Counted from the first letter of the stretch, positions 32,195-43,153 are shown. The stretch is 64,000 nucleotides of DNA from Vulcanimicrobiota bacterium (GCA_963812135.1 CAWETU010000001.1:1920001-1984000); one strand, 5' to 3'. The notes: a model not told the origin generated them from the letters alone. Made by a program: numbers and translations.

Positions 32195-33175
32195 CTACAG
32201 GTCGATGTGGGTGCCGAGGCCGCGCTCGCTGCCGCGTTCGTAGACGATTGACGCGCACGCAAGATCTTCGATCGCGATCCCCAACGACTTGAACAGCGTG
32301 ATCTCTTCGGGGGTGGTGCGGCCGAGCGTCTTTCCGCCTACCACGTCGGCGAGCAGCGTGAGGCGCGGCATTGGCGGCAACGCGCCCTCGGCGATGGCTT
32401 GCGTGATGTCGCCCGCTTCGTGCAGCGCGCCTTCGATCGAATCGACGAAGATCGAGGCCTGGGCCATCAGATCAGCGGGAAGCTCGCGCATGCGCGGGGT
32501 GCACGCGCCGACCGCGTTGATGTGCGCGCCGGCGGCGACATCGGAACTCGTCAGGACGGGCTCGCTCGACGAGGTCACCGTGCAGATCACGTCGGCATTC
32601 TCGCACGCCGCGTGCGGCGTGTCCGTCGCGCGCGCGGCAAGGCCTTGTTCGCGCAACTCACGTGCGAGCGTTTCGGCCCGCAACCTGTTGCGGCCCCAAA
32701 TGCGCAGCTCTTCAAGCTCCATCACCAGCGCCAGCGCATGCGCGTGCGCCCTTGCTTGCACGCCGGTCCCCAAGATCGCCGCGCTCTTCGCGCCGGAGCG
32801 CGCGAGCTCGCGGGTCGCGACGGCGGACACGGCTGCCGTGCGGATCTCCGTGATCAAGCGTCCGTCCATCAGCACGATCGGCCGGCCGTCCTGCGGATCG
32901 AACAGCGCGATGAGCGCTTGGTGCGTGTGTCGATCGCGCTGCGCGTTACCGGGGAAAAACGTGACGAGCTTCGCGCCGATGCTGGCCGGATCCGACATGA
33001 TGGCGCCCGGCATCGAGCCGAGCAAGCCGTTGGGGACGACGACGGCGGCGCGCAGAGGATTTATGGTCTTTTGGTCCGCTTGCGCCCGCAGGGCCCGCTC
33101 GACCGCGCTGAAGGCGTCCCCGGCCGTCAGCGCAGCCGCGACGTCCGCCTCTTTAAGGATGAGCAAGTTCGTCAA
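32195..33175 (-). CDS. Ornithine cyclodeaminase/mu-crystallin family protein
   Basis: GAKLVTFFPGN, ITEIRTAAVS, ILGTGVQA, HINAVGA, ITLFKSLGIAIEDL. Confidence 0.9.
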   Translation of the reverse strand: MTNLLILKEADVAAALTAGDAFSAVERALRAQADQKTINPLRAAVVVPNGLLGSMPGAIMSDPASIGAKLVTFFPGNAQRDRHTHQALIALFDPQDGRPIVLMDGRLITEIRTAAVSAVATRELARSGAKSAAILGTGVQARAHAHALALVMELEELRIWGRNRLRAETLARELREQGLAARATDTPHAACENADVICTVTSSSEPVLTSSDVAAGAHINAVGACTPRMRELPADLMAQASIFVDSIEGALHEAGDITQAIAEGALPPMPRLTLLADVVGGKTLGRTTPEEITLFKSLGIAIEDLACASIVYERGSERGLGTHIDL

Positions 33176-33564
33176 GCAGCACGTGCGCCTCGCCATCGAG
33201 CACGAGCTCGCCGCGCTGGTTGGCGCACTGCGTGCGCAGTGTCACGAGTGGTTTATCCCGCTCGACGGCGGTCACGGTCGCCGTCGTCGTGATCGTGTCG
33301 CCTGGGAAGACGGGCTTGCGAAACGACAGCGATTGCGAGACGTAGATGCAGCCGGGCCCGGGCAGCTTGGTGCCGATGACCGCGGAGATCAGGCTCGCGG
33401 TCAGCATGCCGTGCGCGATGGGTCGACCGTAGCGCGTGCGGCGCGCGAAATCCGCCGAAAGGTGCATCGGGTTGTCATCACCGGTAAGTTGCGCGAACGA
33501 CTCGATCATGTGCCAACATCGATCGTCTTCACGATCTGCGCGCTCGCGCCGACCGGAGGCGCGG

Positions 33565-33568
<4 letters not shown>
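33153..33568 (-). CDS. MaoC-family (R)-enoyl-CoA hydratase; frameshift near 33515
   Basis: FAQLTGDDNPMH, IAHGML, LPGPG, FRKPVFPGD. The N-terminus MTAPPVGASAQIVKTI is in another frame, with GTGA overlapping the thiolase stop. Confidence 0.8.
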
Positions 33569-34755
<1,187 letters not shown>

Positions 34756-34833
34756 GATTGGCCTCCAGGACGGATGTCCTTAATCCGAGCGCGCGGGCAG
34801 TCCTTGGTACGCGCTTTCCCGAACGGTGGCGAC

Positions 34834-35628
34834 ATGCGAGTTTTGTTCTTCGGCGACATCACCGGCACGCAGGCGGTCGTGCGGCTTTCGGAGCGATTGC
34901 CCGGCTGGCGGCGCGCGCACCGCATCGATGCCGTGATCGCCAACGCCGAAAACGCGACGGTCAGCAGCTCGGATGATCCGCGCACCGGTTTCGGCATGAG
35001 CGCGAAGGCGGTCGAGACGCTGCTCGAGGCCGGGGTGGATGTCATCACGGGCGGCAACCACTCATGGGATGCGCCCGACTGCGAAAGCGTCCTCGACTCC
35101 GCGCGCATCGTGCGGCCGCTCAACGTGGTCGGCGCGTTGGCCGGACACGGCGTGATCGAGTTCAAGACACAGCAGGCTGCGCTGACGATCGTCAACCTGA
35201 TCGGCGACAGCGCCGCCGGCGAGCGTTATACGGTTTCGAATCCTCTGGCGGCGTTCGACGCGCTGCGTCTCACAGACGCCAACGTGCTGGTCGACTTCCA
35301 TTCCGAGTCGGTGACCGAAAAGCAGACGTTCGCGCACGCGGTCGACGGCCGGGCGGCGGCGGTCTTCGGCACACACACGCACGAATCGACCTTGCGCGTG
35401 CATGTGCTGCCACGCGGCACGATCTTCGTGGCCGACGTCGGCATGGTCGGACCGAGCGGCGGCGTGCAAGGCATCGATCCCGAGTTCTTCATCCATGAGA
35501 TGCGGGAATTCCGCGAGCCGCGCAGCTTTGAGCTGGCGCGCGGCGAGCTGACGTTGGGGGCGATGCTGTTGGAGATCGGGGCGGACGGAAAACATTCGGC
35601 CGAGCGCTTTGGCCCGGCCGATTGGTAG
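34834..35628 (+). CDS. YmdB-like metallophosphoesterase
   Basis: FFGDITG, IANAEN, ITGGNH, VDFHSE, GTHTH, DVGMVG. Confidence 0.85.
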   Translation: MRVLFFGDITGTQAVVRLSERLPGWRRAHRIDAVIANAENATVSSSDDPRTGFGMSAKAVETLLEAGVDVITGGNHSWDAPDCESVLDSARIVRPLNVVGALAGHGVIEFKTQQAALTIVNLIGDSAAGERYTVSNPLAAFDALRLTDANVLVDFHSESVTEKQTFAHAVDGRAAAVFGTHTHESTLRVHVLPRGTIFVADVGMVGPSGGVQGIDPEFFIHEMREFREPRSFELARGELTLGAMLLEIGADGKHSAERFGPADW

Positions 35629-35637
35629 GTTACGATC

Positions 35638-35684
35638 GAGCGAGCTTCGTTCGCTCCTACACCCGAGCTGCGCTCGGGTACTAC
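35638..35684 (-). repeat. Tandem REP-like palindromes (class C + class B), intergenic
   Basis: GAGCGAGCTTCGTTCGCTC-CTAC followed by ACCCGAGCTGCGCTCGGGTA-CTAC between convergent genes. Confidence 0.8.
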
Positions 35685-35685
35685 G

Positions 35686-36072
35686 TCACTTGATTTCGAT
35701 CGTGACTGCGATGTGCTTTCCGCCCTGCACAATGCCGGTCACCGCGACATGTTCACCCTTGCTCAGATCGGCGATGCTGCCGGCCTGGCCGTGCTTCGCG
35801 ATCGACGTGGTCGGCGTGATGTGGATCGACTCCGTGACACCGGCCGCCAGCACCTCGATCACGTTTTGATCGTAGGCGACTCCTTGGATGACGCCGGTCA
35901 GCGTGAAGTTGGCGTCGGCCGCGGCTGCCACCGAGATCGTGCCGTTTGACAGCTCGCCCGCCTGGCAGGCGGTGCACGCCGTGCCTGCCGGCCCGGCGGC
36001 CGCCGTGACCAGTGCGAAAAGGCCCAGGGCGATGACGAACCGCGCCGAGAGGGCTGAAATCGAAGAGCGCAT
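35686..36072 (-). CDS. Secreted small OB-fold-like protein (DUF5666-like)
   Basis: Signal peptide; LTGVI...ITPTTSI...SIADLSKGEHVAVTG...AVTIEIK. Confidence 0.6.
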   Translation of the reverse strand: MRSSISALSARFVIALGLFALVTAAAGPAGTACTACQAGELSNGTISVAAAADANFTLTGVIQGVAYDQNVIEVLAAGVTESIHITPTTSIAKHGQAGSIADLSKGEHVAVTGIVQGGKHIAVTIEIK

Positions 36073-36079
36073 CGCTGCT

Positions 36080-36108
36080 ATCATACGATAGTGTAACGCG
36101 TCGTGCAA
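36080..36108 (-). promoter_or_regulatory. Sigma70-type promoter TTGCAC-N17-TATGAT, probably giving a leaderless mRNA
   Basis: -35 at 36108-36103 and -10 at 36085-36080; the ATG begins 7 nt past the -10 and no SD is present. Confidence 0.6.
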
Positions 36109-36202
36109 CCGGGGCGTTGCGTGACGGCTGCACGAGTCTGCGCTGTTTATCGCTTCTTCATCTCGCCGAGGCCGCGAGCCGGCATGGCGCGAAAGCGCGC
36201 GA

Positions 36203-37057
36203 ATGCAAGAACCGCTGCCCACCAGGCCGCTGGGCCAGACGGGCGAGCGCGTGACTGCCTTCGGACTTGGCGGGGAAGGCGTGCTGCGCAGCTTCGCCCG
36301 CGACGAACAGGCGCGTGCGGTCATCACCGCGGCGCTCGACGAAGGCGTCACGTATTTCGACTGTGCACGGGCGTACGCCGGCAGCGAGCAATACTACGGC
36401 GCAGCGCTCGGTCCGCGGCGCGAGAACATCTTCTTGTGCTCGAAGGCGCACGACCGGTCGTATGCCGGAGCGCTCGAGATGCTCGACCAGACGCTCAAGA
36501 ACATGCGCACCGACCATCTCGATCTCTGGCAATTGCATGACGTGCGCACGGCTGAAGATCTCGACCTCATGGATGGCGAGCGCGGCACGTATGCGGCGTT
36601 CGAGCGGGCCAAGCGAACGGGCAAGGCGCGTTTCATCGGCGTGACCGGCCACTACGACCCGGAGATCATGCTCGAGGCGATCAGCCGTTTCGACTTCGAC
36701 ACCGTGATGCTGCCGGTCAATCCGTGCGAAGCCGCGCTCGATTCGTTCGCGTCGGTCGTGATCCCGGAGGCAGTCGCGCGCGGCATGGGTGTCATCGCGA
36801 TGAAGGTGTTCGGCCGCGGCCTGCTGTTGGGCATGCAAGAAGATCCGCCGTTGCAATCGCTGATCGACTACGCGCTCACCGCGCCGATCTCGGTTGCGAT
36901 CATCGGCTGCGACGATGTAGCGCAGGTGCAGGCCGCCGCTCGCGCGGCGCGCGCGTTCGCGCCGCTATCGCCGGAGCTGCAGCGCAAACTCGAAGAGCGT
37001 TTGAAGCCCGAAAGCAAACGGACGTTGTATTACCGGCGGCCGCCCACACCCGCCTGA
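36203..37057 (+). CDS. Aldo/keto reductase
   Basis: RPLGQTG, GVTYFDCARAY, TDHLDLWQLH, FIGVTGH, GVIAMKVFG. Confidence 0.88.
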   Translation: MQEPLPTRPLGQTGERVTAFGLGGEGVLRSFARDEQARAVITAALDEGVTYFDCARAYAGSEQYYGAALGPRRENIFLCSKAHDRSYAGALEMLDQTLKNMRTDHLDLWQLHDVRTAEDLDLMDGERGTYAAFERAKRTGKARFIGVTGHYDPEIMLEAISRFDFDTVMLPVNPCEAALDSFASVVIPEAVARGMGVIAMKVFGRGLLLGMQEDPPLQSLIDYALTAPISVAIIGCDDVAQVQAAARAARAFAPLSPELQRKLEERLKPESKRTLYYRRPPTPA

Positions 37058-37075
37058 CCTCCGCGCGAGCGAGCG

Positions 37076-39250
37076 TTATTGGTCCATGAGCTTGCGCGTG
37101 AAGTAGGTCATCTCCAGCGCGACCGTGTGCGCTCTTTCCTTCAGATTAGCGCCGGCGGCGTGACCACCTTCGACCACCTCGTAGAAATAATACGGGATGC
37201 CCATCGCCTGCAGCTTGGCGGCGAACTTGCGCGCATGTTGGGGTCCGACGCGGTCGTCCTTCGTGGTCGTCCAGATGAGCGGCTGCGGATAAGCGACGTC
37301 CGGCTTGATGTTGTTGTACGGCGAAATCGATGCGAGAAACGCGCGCTGCTCGGGATTGGAAACGCTGCCGTACTCGCCGACCCACGACGCGCCCGCGTCG
37401 ATCTTCTCGTAGCGCAACATGTCGAGCAGCGGCACTTGGATATCGACCGCATTCCAAAGCTCGGGGTGCTGCGTGAATTCAACGCCCATTAGCAAGCCGC
37501 CGTTCGAACCGCCTTGGATGCCGAGCCGGCGCGGGCTGGTGATTTTCTTCGCGATCAGATCCTGCGCGACCGCGGCGAAGTCGTCGTAGATGCGTTGACG
37601 ATGGACGGTGAGGCCGGCGTCGTGCCATGCTGGGCCGAACTCGCCGCCGCCGCGGATGTTGGCGAGGGCGTACACGCCGCCTCGCTCCAGCCACAACTTG
37701 CCGATCGTCGCCGAGTACGCCGGGGTCTCGGAGATCTGAAATCCGCCGTACGCGTAAAGGATCGTCGGATTTGAACCGTCGAGCTTCATGCTCTTCGGAT
37801 GGACGATAAAGTACGGGATCTGCGTGCCGTCTTTGGACGTCGCCTCGTGCTGCTCCACGACGTCTTTGCTCGCGTCGAATTTTGCCGGCAACGATTTGAC
37901 GACTGCAACCGACCCGCTGCCGGTGTTGGCAAGCCACAGCGTCGTGGGAGTCAAGAAACTCGTGACGTCAAGAAACGCGCGCTCATCGCGCTCATCTGCG
38001 GCGTCGAGCGAGATCGAAGAGTTATCCGGCAATGTCAGGCGTTGGTGCGACCAGCCGCCATTCGCAAGAGGGGCGTAGATGTACGCGCGACCCTTGACGT
38101 CTTCATACGTCGTGATCAAAAGATGAGAGCGGGTTGAGTCGACTCCGTCGAGCGTCGCACGCGGGCCTGGTTGATAGACCAGCGTCGGCTTGAGATGTTG
38201 AGAATCGGCCATCGTTCGTGCGAGATCCAGCGAGACCAGACTGCCCTGGTGGAACGTGGTGCCGTTGATAGTCCAGTCCTGTTTGAGCGTGAATAGCAGA
38301 CGTCCGGCGACGAGCGCGCTGACGTCCGCCTTGAGCGGTACGGCGAGTTTGCGCAAACCACTGGGCGCGATGAGGTAATACTCGCTCGTGAAGAACGTCA
38401 TGTTGCGGACGATCATCAAGACGCGATGTCCTTGGCCGTCGTGCAAGGCGAACGGCGACGTGCCGACATCGCCCTTCGTGCCTCGGAAGATCTCGACAGC
38501 GGCGGAAAACGGCTGCCCGCGTTTGAGGCGTTTGACGACATATGGATAACCCGAAGTCGTCATCTCGCCGGGGGCCCATTCGCGCGCCACCAACAGCGTG
38601 TCGCTGCTCTCCCACGCGGTGTCTTGCTTGCCGCGCGGCAGCATAAATCCGCCGGGCACGAAGTGTTGGGTCGTCAGGTCGAATTCGCGTACCGTCCGCG
38701 CGTCCTCGCCGCCATCGGACAGGTTGATGAGACAGCGGCGCTCATCAGGCCAGTAGCAGTCAGCGCCCTGCCACACCCAATTCGCTTTTTCGGCCGTGGC
38801 AAGAGCGTCGAGATCGAGCACGGTCGTCCAACGAGGTGAGGGACTTGTATAGCCAGCGAGGGTCGTGCGTCGCCAAATGCCGCGCGCGTGATACGCGTCT
38901 TGCCAAAAATTGTATATCTGGTTCTGAAGAAAGCGCGGGGCCGGAATGCGGTCTTGCGCTTGGACGATCTTGAGCGCATCCGCGTACAGGCCGGCATAGC
39001 GCGGATCATTCTCCAGCACCCCGAGCGTCTTCGCGTTTTCGGCTTCTACCCAGGCGAGCGCCCGCGCACCGCGCTGGTCCTCAAGCCAAAGGTAGGGGTC
39101 GGCCGCATCCGAGCCGGCCGGCGACGGACTTACTGCCATGGTCGGGCTCACGATCGGTGTCGGTAAGTTGTCAGTGGGCTGGGCGATCGCCGCGCCGGAA
39201 ACAGCGGCAAGGCACGCGAGCATCAAGAGCGCGACAAGAGTGCGTAACAT
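37076..39250 (-). CDS. Secreted prolyl oligopeptidase (S9A)
   Basis: DPYLWLE, YAYGGF, NIRGGGEFG, GGSNGG, DDRV, GGH. Confidence 0.92.
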   Translation of the reverse strand: MLRTLVALLMLACLAAVSGAAIAQPTDNLPTPIVSPTMAVSPSPAGSDAADPYLWLEDQRGARALAWVEAENAKTLGVLENDPRYAGLYADALKIVQAQDRIPAPRFLQNQIYNFWQDAYHARGIWRRTTLAGYTSPSPRWTTVLDLDALATAEKANWVWQGADCYWPDERRCLINLSDGGEDARTVREFDLTTQHFVPGGFMLPRGKQDTAWESSDTLLVAREWAPGEMTTSGYPYVVKRLKRGQPFSAAVEIFRGTKGDVGTSPFALHDGQGHRVLMIVRNMTFFTSEYYLIAPSGLRKLAVPLKADVSALVAGRLLFTLKQDWTINGTTFHQGSLVSLDLARTMADSQHLKPTLVYQPGPRATLDGVDSTRSHLLITTYEDVKGRAYIYAPLANGGWSHQRLTLPDNSSISLDAADERDERAFLDVTSFLTPTTLWLANTGSGSVAVVKSLPAKFDASKDVVEQHEATSKDGTQIPYFIVHPKSMKLDGSNPTILYAYGGFQISETPAYSATIGKLWLERGGVYALANIRGGGEFGPAWHDAGLTVHRQRIYDDFAAVAQDLIAKKITSPRRLGIQGGSNGGLLMGVEFTQHPELWNAVDIQVPLLDMLRYEKIDAGASWVGEYGSVSNPEQRAFLASISPYNNIKPDVAYPQPLIWTTTKDDRVGPQHARKFAAKLQAMGIPYYFYEVVEGGHAAGANLKERAHTVALEMTYFTRKLMDQ

Positions 39251-39293
39251 CCGATCTCCAATTGCTGCCTTCTGCGCCGTGAGCCGGCGACTT

Positions 39294-40235
39294 CTACTTC
39301 GAGGGGGGCGAACCCGGCCACGCGAGGGCCAAGCCGATGCCGTACAGCGCCGCGCCGACGTATGACGGCGCTAGGTGGGTCAGAGATGTGTATCCCACCG
39401 ACGCGTGTATGACGATGGTGGCGCCGAACACGATCGCACCCATGATGAAGAGAACCCACCACAAGCCCCGGTCGCCGGCACGCATACCGGCGAACACCGT
39501 GAAAAAGATCGCCAGTCCGGATGCGAGCAGCGCGCCGCCGAAGCTGGCGCGGTCGTGGGCGATGACCGGGATGAGTCGCGGATTCACCACGATCATCTCG
39601 CGGGCTTGCGCACCGATGAAGTCGATGTCCGTCGGGACGAAGACGAAGGTCGCACCGATCGTCATGATCGCAAGGCCTGTCACGAATAATCCCGCCGCCG
39701 CAGCGAGCAAGAACGCTCTCCCAAGTCCGGCGCGCGATCGCACGTCGAACTTCTCTGCCGGCACGCCAAGCGTCGCGATGCCGCGCGGTTTTTCAAGCCC
39801 GCCATAGCTGAGGATCAACCCGGCGACCAACACGAGCAGCAGCTCCGCGGTCGTCGCGGCGTGGACGGGATCAAGGTAGCCGTAGCCGAGATAGGTGAGG
39901 AAGCTGCCGACGCCGACAAGTCCCGATAGCGCGAGGCACCACCATGCCCACGCGTGCCCCTCGCGCAGCGGCACTGCAGCAAGCCAGATGTAGAGTATGC
40001 CCAGCGCAAAGATAACACCGGCGAACGAGATCCGGTCGTGGACGATGAATGCGACGATCGAGCAATGCAGCACTGCGCATAGCTGGGAGATGGTCACTCC
40101 CATGTAGTCGGTGTCGTACGGCATCAGCTTCACCGTCAAGCCGATAGCGAACGTTCCGAGACCGGCGGCGCACAGCATGAGGCCCTCGCCGATCAGGAGC
40201 CCCACGCCCACGAGACGCTTTTCCGATGAGGTCAC
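39294..40235 (-). CDS. Integral membrane protein with internal duplication
   Basis: About 8 hydrophobic segments; two copies of HDR(I/A)SF(A/G)G. Confidence 0.7.
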   Translation of the reverse strand: MTSSEKRLVGVGLLIGEGLMLCAAGLGTFAIGLTVKLMPYDTDYMGVTISQLCAVLHCSIVAFIVHDRISFAGVIFALGILYIWLAAVPLREGHAWAWWCLALSGLVGVGSFLTYLGYGYLDPVHAATTAELLLVLVAGLILSYGGLEKPRGIATLGVPAEKFDVRSRAGLGRAFLLAAAAGLFVTGLAIMTIGATFVFVPTDIDFIGAQAREMIVVNPRLIPVIAHDRASFGGALLASGLAIFFTVFAGMRAGDRGLWWVLFIMGAIVFGATIVIHASVGYTSLTHLAPSYVGAALYGIGLALAWPGSPPSK

Positions 40236-40250
40236 GCGAAGGCGGTTCGA

Positions 40251-40299
40251 CGGTCGAATAAATTCGACCGCTACATTTTTGTCGAAATTCGACCGCTAC
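40251..40299 (-). repeat. REP-like class A full copy plus partial direct copy, intergenic
   Basis: CGGTCGAATAAATTCGACCGCTAC then GTCGAAATTCGACCGCTAC. Confidence 0.85.
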
Positions 40300-40301
40300 G
40301 A

Positions 40302-41141
40302 TTATTCGACGAAATCGATCGAGGGGATGTTCGGAACGATGCCTGCTTGCGCGCCGCGTTCGAGGAACAACGTGATGCTGGCGCGGCCTTCCTCGCCCAG
40401 GTCGACCGTGCGCCGGTTGACGTACATGCCGACGAACGTATCGGCGGTCTTGGTCTCCATGCCGCGCGCGTAGCGCAGCGCCCATTTGAGGGCGTCTTCG
40501 CGATGGGCAAGCCCATACTCGATGCTCGCCTTGAGATCGGCAGAGGCGCGGCGTTTGACGTCGTCAGGCAGCGAGCGCCTGATCGTGTTGACGCCGAGGG
40601 GCAACGGCAGACCGGTCTGTTCGAACCACCACGTGCCGAGATTGACGATCGAATGCAAGCCATGCTGTTCGTGCGTCAGCTGCCCTTCGTGGATCAGCAA
40701 ACCGTAATCCGCCTTGCCCGCCGCGACCGCCTCCATGATCGAATCGAACGGCATCACGACGGGCGTGAAGTCGCCGACGCACAGGCGCAGCCCAAGATAT
40801 GCGCTCGTCATCAGGCCGGGTACGGCGATCGTCGCGCCGCGCAGCGCTTGGAGCGGCACGCGCTCGCGCGCGACGACCATGGGGCCGTAGTCGCGCTCGC
40901 CCATCGATGCGCCGTGATTGAGGATCGCATATTTGTCCGCGACGTAGGCATACGCGTGCACCGAGATCGCCGTCGTGTCGAGCTTGCCCTCGCGCGCCCA
41001 CTCGTTGAGCGTCTGGATATCCTTGAGGATGTGCTCGTACGCCAGCGAGCCATCCCCGACTTTGCCGGCCGCCAAACCGTAGAACATGAACGCGTCGTCG
41101 GAATCCGGCGAGTGGCCGAGCGTCAACGTCTTGGTCATCAT
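40302..41141 (-). CDS. mqnD: MqnA/MqnD family protein, likely 1,4-dihydroxy-6-naphthoate synthase (futalosine pathway)
   Basis: LGHSPDSDDAFMFY, DIQTLN, GLLIHEGQLT, TGLPLPLG, MYVN. Confidence 0.85.
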   Translation of the reverse strand: MMTKTLTLGHSPDSDDAFMFYGLAAGKVGDGSLAYEHILKDIQTLNEWAREGKLDTTAISVHAYAYVADKYAILNHGASMGERDYGPMVVARERVPLQALRGATIAVPGLMTSAYLGLRLCVGDFTPVVMPFDSIMEAVAAGKADYGLLIHEGQLTHEQHGLHSIVNLGTWWFEQTGLPLPLGVNTIRRSLPDDVKRRASADLKASIEYGLAHREDALKWALRYARGMETKTADTFVGMYVNRRTVDLGEEGRASITLFLERGAQAGIVPNIPSIDFVE

Positions 41142-41196
41142 CGCGGCTGCGGTTCGCGCAGGACGATGCCTTCCCCGCCCCTAAACACATAAGACC

Positions 41197-41556
41197 ATGA
41201 CTGACGAAGATACTTCTGCCGCAACCGCAACCTCAGAGAACATCGAGCATCCGGTCACCGAAGAGATCGTGCGCGAAGCGCTCAAGAGCGTCGTCGATCC
41301 CGAGATCGGACTTGACATGGTGAGCCTCGGACTGCTCTATGGCGTCGAGGTGACCAGCGCGAAGGTCAAGGTCACGATGACGCTCACGACGCCGGCGTGT
41401 CCGGTCGGCCCGATGTTCGTCAACGCGGTGCACCAAGCCGTGATGGCGATCCCCGGCGTCGCCGAATGCGATGTCGATCTGACGTTCTCGCCGCCGTGGG
41501 ATCCGCGCACGATGGCAAGCGACGAAGTAAAATTGCAAATGGGGTTCTACTACTGA
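41197..41556 (+). CDS. DUF59/SufT-like Fe-S cluster assembly factor
   Basis: VVDPEIG, LGLLY, MTLTTPACP, FSPPW. Confidence 0.88.
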   Translation: MTDEDTSAATATSENIEHPVTEEIVREALKSVVDPEIGLDMVSLGLLYGVEVTSAKVKVTMTLTTPACPVGPMFVNAVHQAVMAIPGVAECDVDLTFSPPWDPRTMASDEVKLQMGFYY

Positions 41557-41578
41557 GCGAAGCGCGCACCGTCGAGGA

Positions 41579-41602
41579 CGGTCGAGTGAACTCGACCGCT
41601 AC
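41579..41602 (-). repeat. REP-like class A variant overlapping the probable ABC ATPase start
   Basis: CGGTCGAGTGAACTCGACCG-CTAC; compensatory A-T to G-C pair relative to the other copies. Confidence 0.8.
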
Positions 41603-42353
41603 AAAGGACGGCGCCGTCGAGGGCGCCGTTTCCGTTCGTCGTCTCGTCAAGCGCTACGGCGATCTTGTCGCGGTCGATGATCTGTCATTTGACGTGGCGC
41701 CCGGCGAGTTCTTCGGCTTTCTCGGGCCGAACGGCGCCGGCAAGACGACGACGATCAACGCGATCGTCGGCCTGGCGACGTTTCAATCCGGCACGATCAG
41801 CGTGTTCGGCGCCGATGCCGTCAAAGAGTTCCGGCGCGCGCGCTCGTACATCGGCCTTTCGCCGCAGGAGTTCAATTTCGACCGCTATTTGACGGTGGAA
41901 GAAATCCTCGTCTATCAGGCGGGCTACTACGGCATTCCCCCGTCACAGGCGACGCCGCGCGCCATCGAGCTGCTCGAGCAATTCGAGCTGACCGACAAGC
42001 GGCGCGCCACCTATCTTCAGCTCAGCGGCGGCTTCAAACGGCGTCTTGCGCTCGCGCGTGCGCTCGTGCACGAGCCGAAGCTTCTCATCCTCGACGAGCC
42101 CACCGCAGGGCTCGACGTCGAATTGCGCATCGAGCTGTGGGAGTTCTTGCGACGCATCAACGCCGGCGGCATGACCGTCTTTCTGACCTCGCACTATCTC
42201 GAAGAGGTCGAGATGCTGTGCTCGCGCATCGGCATCATCAATCACGGGAAGCTCGTCGCCCTCGAAAACAAGGACACGCTGATCGCGAAACACGGCCAGG
42301 GCTCGCTGCAAGACGTGTTCTTGGAGCTCGTGGGCAGGCACATTCCGCGGTGA
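41586..42353 (+). CDS. ABC-2 type exporter ATP-binding protein (YadG-like)
   Basis: GPNGAGKTT, LSGGFKRRL, LILDEPTAGLD, TSHYLEE; GTG start 8 nt after GAGG. Confidence 0.88.
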   Translation: MNSTATKDGAVEGAVSVRRLVKRYGDLVAVDDLSFDVAPGEFFGFLGPNGAGKTTTINAIVGLATFQSGTISVFGADAVKEFRRARSYIGLSPQEFNFDRYLTVEEILVYQAGYYGIPPSQATPRAIELLEQFELTDKRRATYLQLSGGFKRRLALARALVHEPKLLILDEPTAGLDVELRIELWEFLRRINAGGMTVFLTSHYLEEVEMLCSRIGIINHGKLVALENKDTLIAKHGQGSLQDVFLELVGRHIPR

Positions 42354-43114
42354 GCAACTGGATCGGCTTCGCGACGATCGTGCGGCGCGAATTCAAGCGG
42401 ACGATGATGACCATCAACCAGGTCGTCTGGCCGCCTGTGATCACGACGCTGCTCTTCCTCTTCATCTTCGGAGTCGGCCTTGGTTCCACGCTCCGCCAGA
42501 TGGACGGCGTCTCCTACATCCAATTCTTGTTGCCCGGCCTGGTCATGCTCAACGTGATCTCGTCGAGCTATGACGAGGCGGCTTCGTCGCTCTTCCAACA
42601 GCGCTTCCAGCTCTCGATCCAGGAGCTGCTCATCGCGCCGATCTCCGATCTCGAGCTGCTGCTCGGCTACCTGACGGGCAGCATCTTGCGAGGCATCGTG
42701 ATCGGCGGGCTCATCATGCTGCTCGGCTTGCTTGTCGTGCATCTCGAGCCGCGCAACGGCGCCATCCTCTTCTATTTCATGTTCGTGACGGCGCTGCTCT
42801 TCTCGTCGATCGGCATGATCGGCGCACTGCTCGCCAAGACGTTCGACAATCTCGCGATCGTGACCACGTTCTTCATCACGCCCCTGACGTATGTCGGCGG
42901 CGTCTTCTCCAGCATCCACGTGCTGCCGACGCTCGTCAAGCAGGTCTCGCTTTTCAACCCGATGCTCTACATGGTGGATGGCCTGCGTTTCGGCTACATC
43001 GGCCGGTCGGATGTGTCGCCCCTTATCGACGCCGCGATCGTCACGCTGTTGGCGGTGGTCGCGTTCATCATCGCCTTCTGGATGGTCCACCGAGGCGTGA
43101 ACTTGCGCGTCTAG
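42350..43114 (+). CDS. ABC-2 type exporter permease (YadH-like)
   Basis: PPVITTLLF, YIQFLLPG, PLTYVGGVF, FNPMLYMVDGLRFG; GTGA overlap. Confidence 0.88.
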   Translation: MSNWIGFATIVRREFKRTMMTINQVVWPPVITTLLFLFIFGVGLGSTLRQMDGVSYIQFLLPGLVMLNVISSSYDEAASSLFQQRFQLSIQELLIAPISDLELLLGYLTGSILRGIVIGGLIMLLGLLVVHLEPRNGAILFYFMFVTALLFSSIGMIGALLAKTFDNLAIVTTFFITPLTYVGGVFSSIHVLPTLVKQVSLFNPMLYMVDGLRFGYIGRSDVSPLIDAAIVTLLAVVAFIIAFWMVHRGVNLRV

Positions 43115-43120
43115 CGTGAC

Positions 43121-43148
43121 AAAAAAAGAGCCGAGCATGCGCTCGGCT
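43121..43148 (-). terminator. Intrinsic terminator for the reverse-strand TonB-domain gene
   Basis: AGCCGAGC-ATGC-GCTCGGCT stem with A7 on the plus strand (U7 on the minus strand). Confidence 0.7.
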
Positions 43149-43153
43149 TGTGC

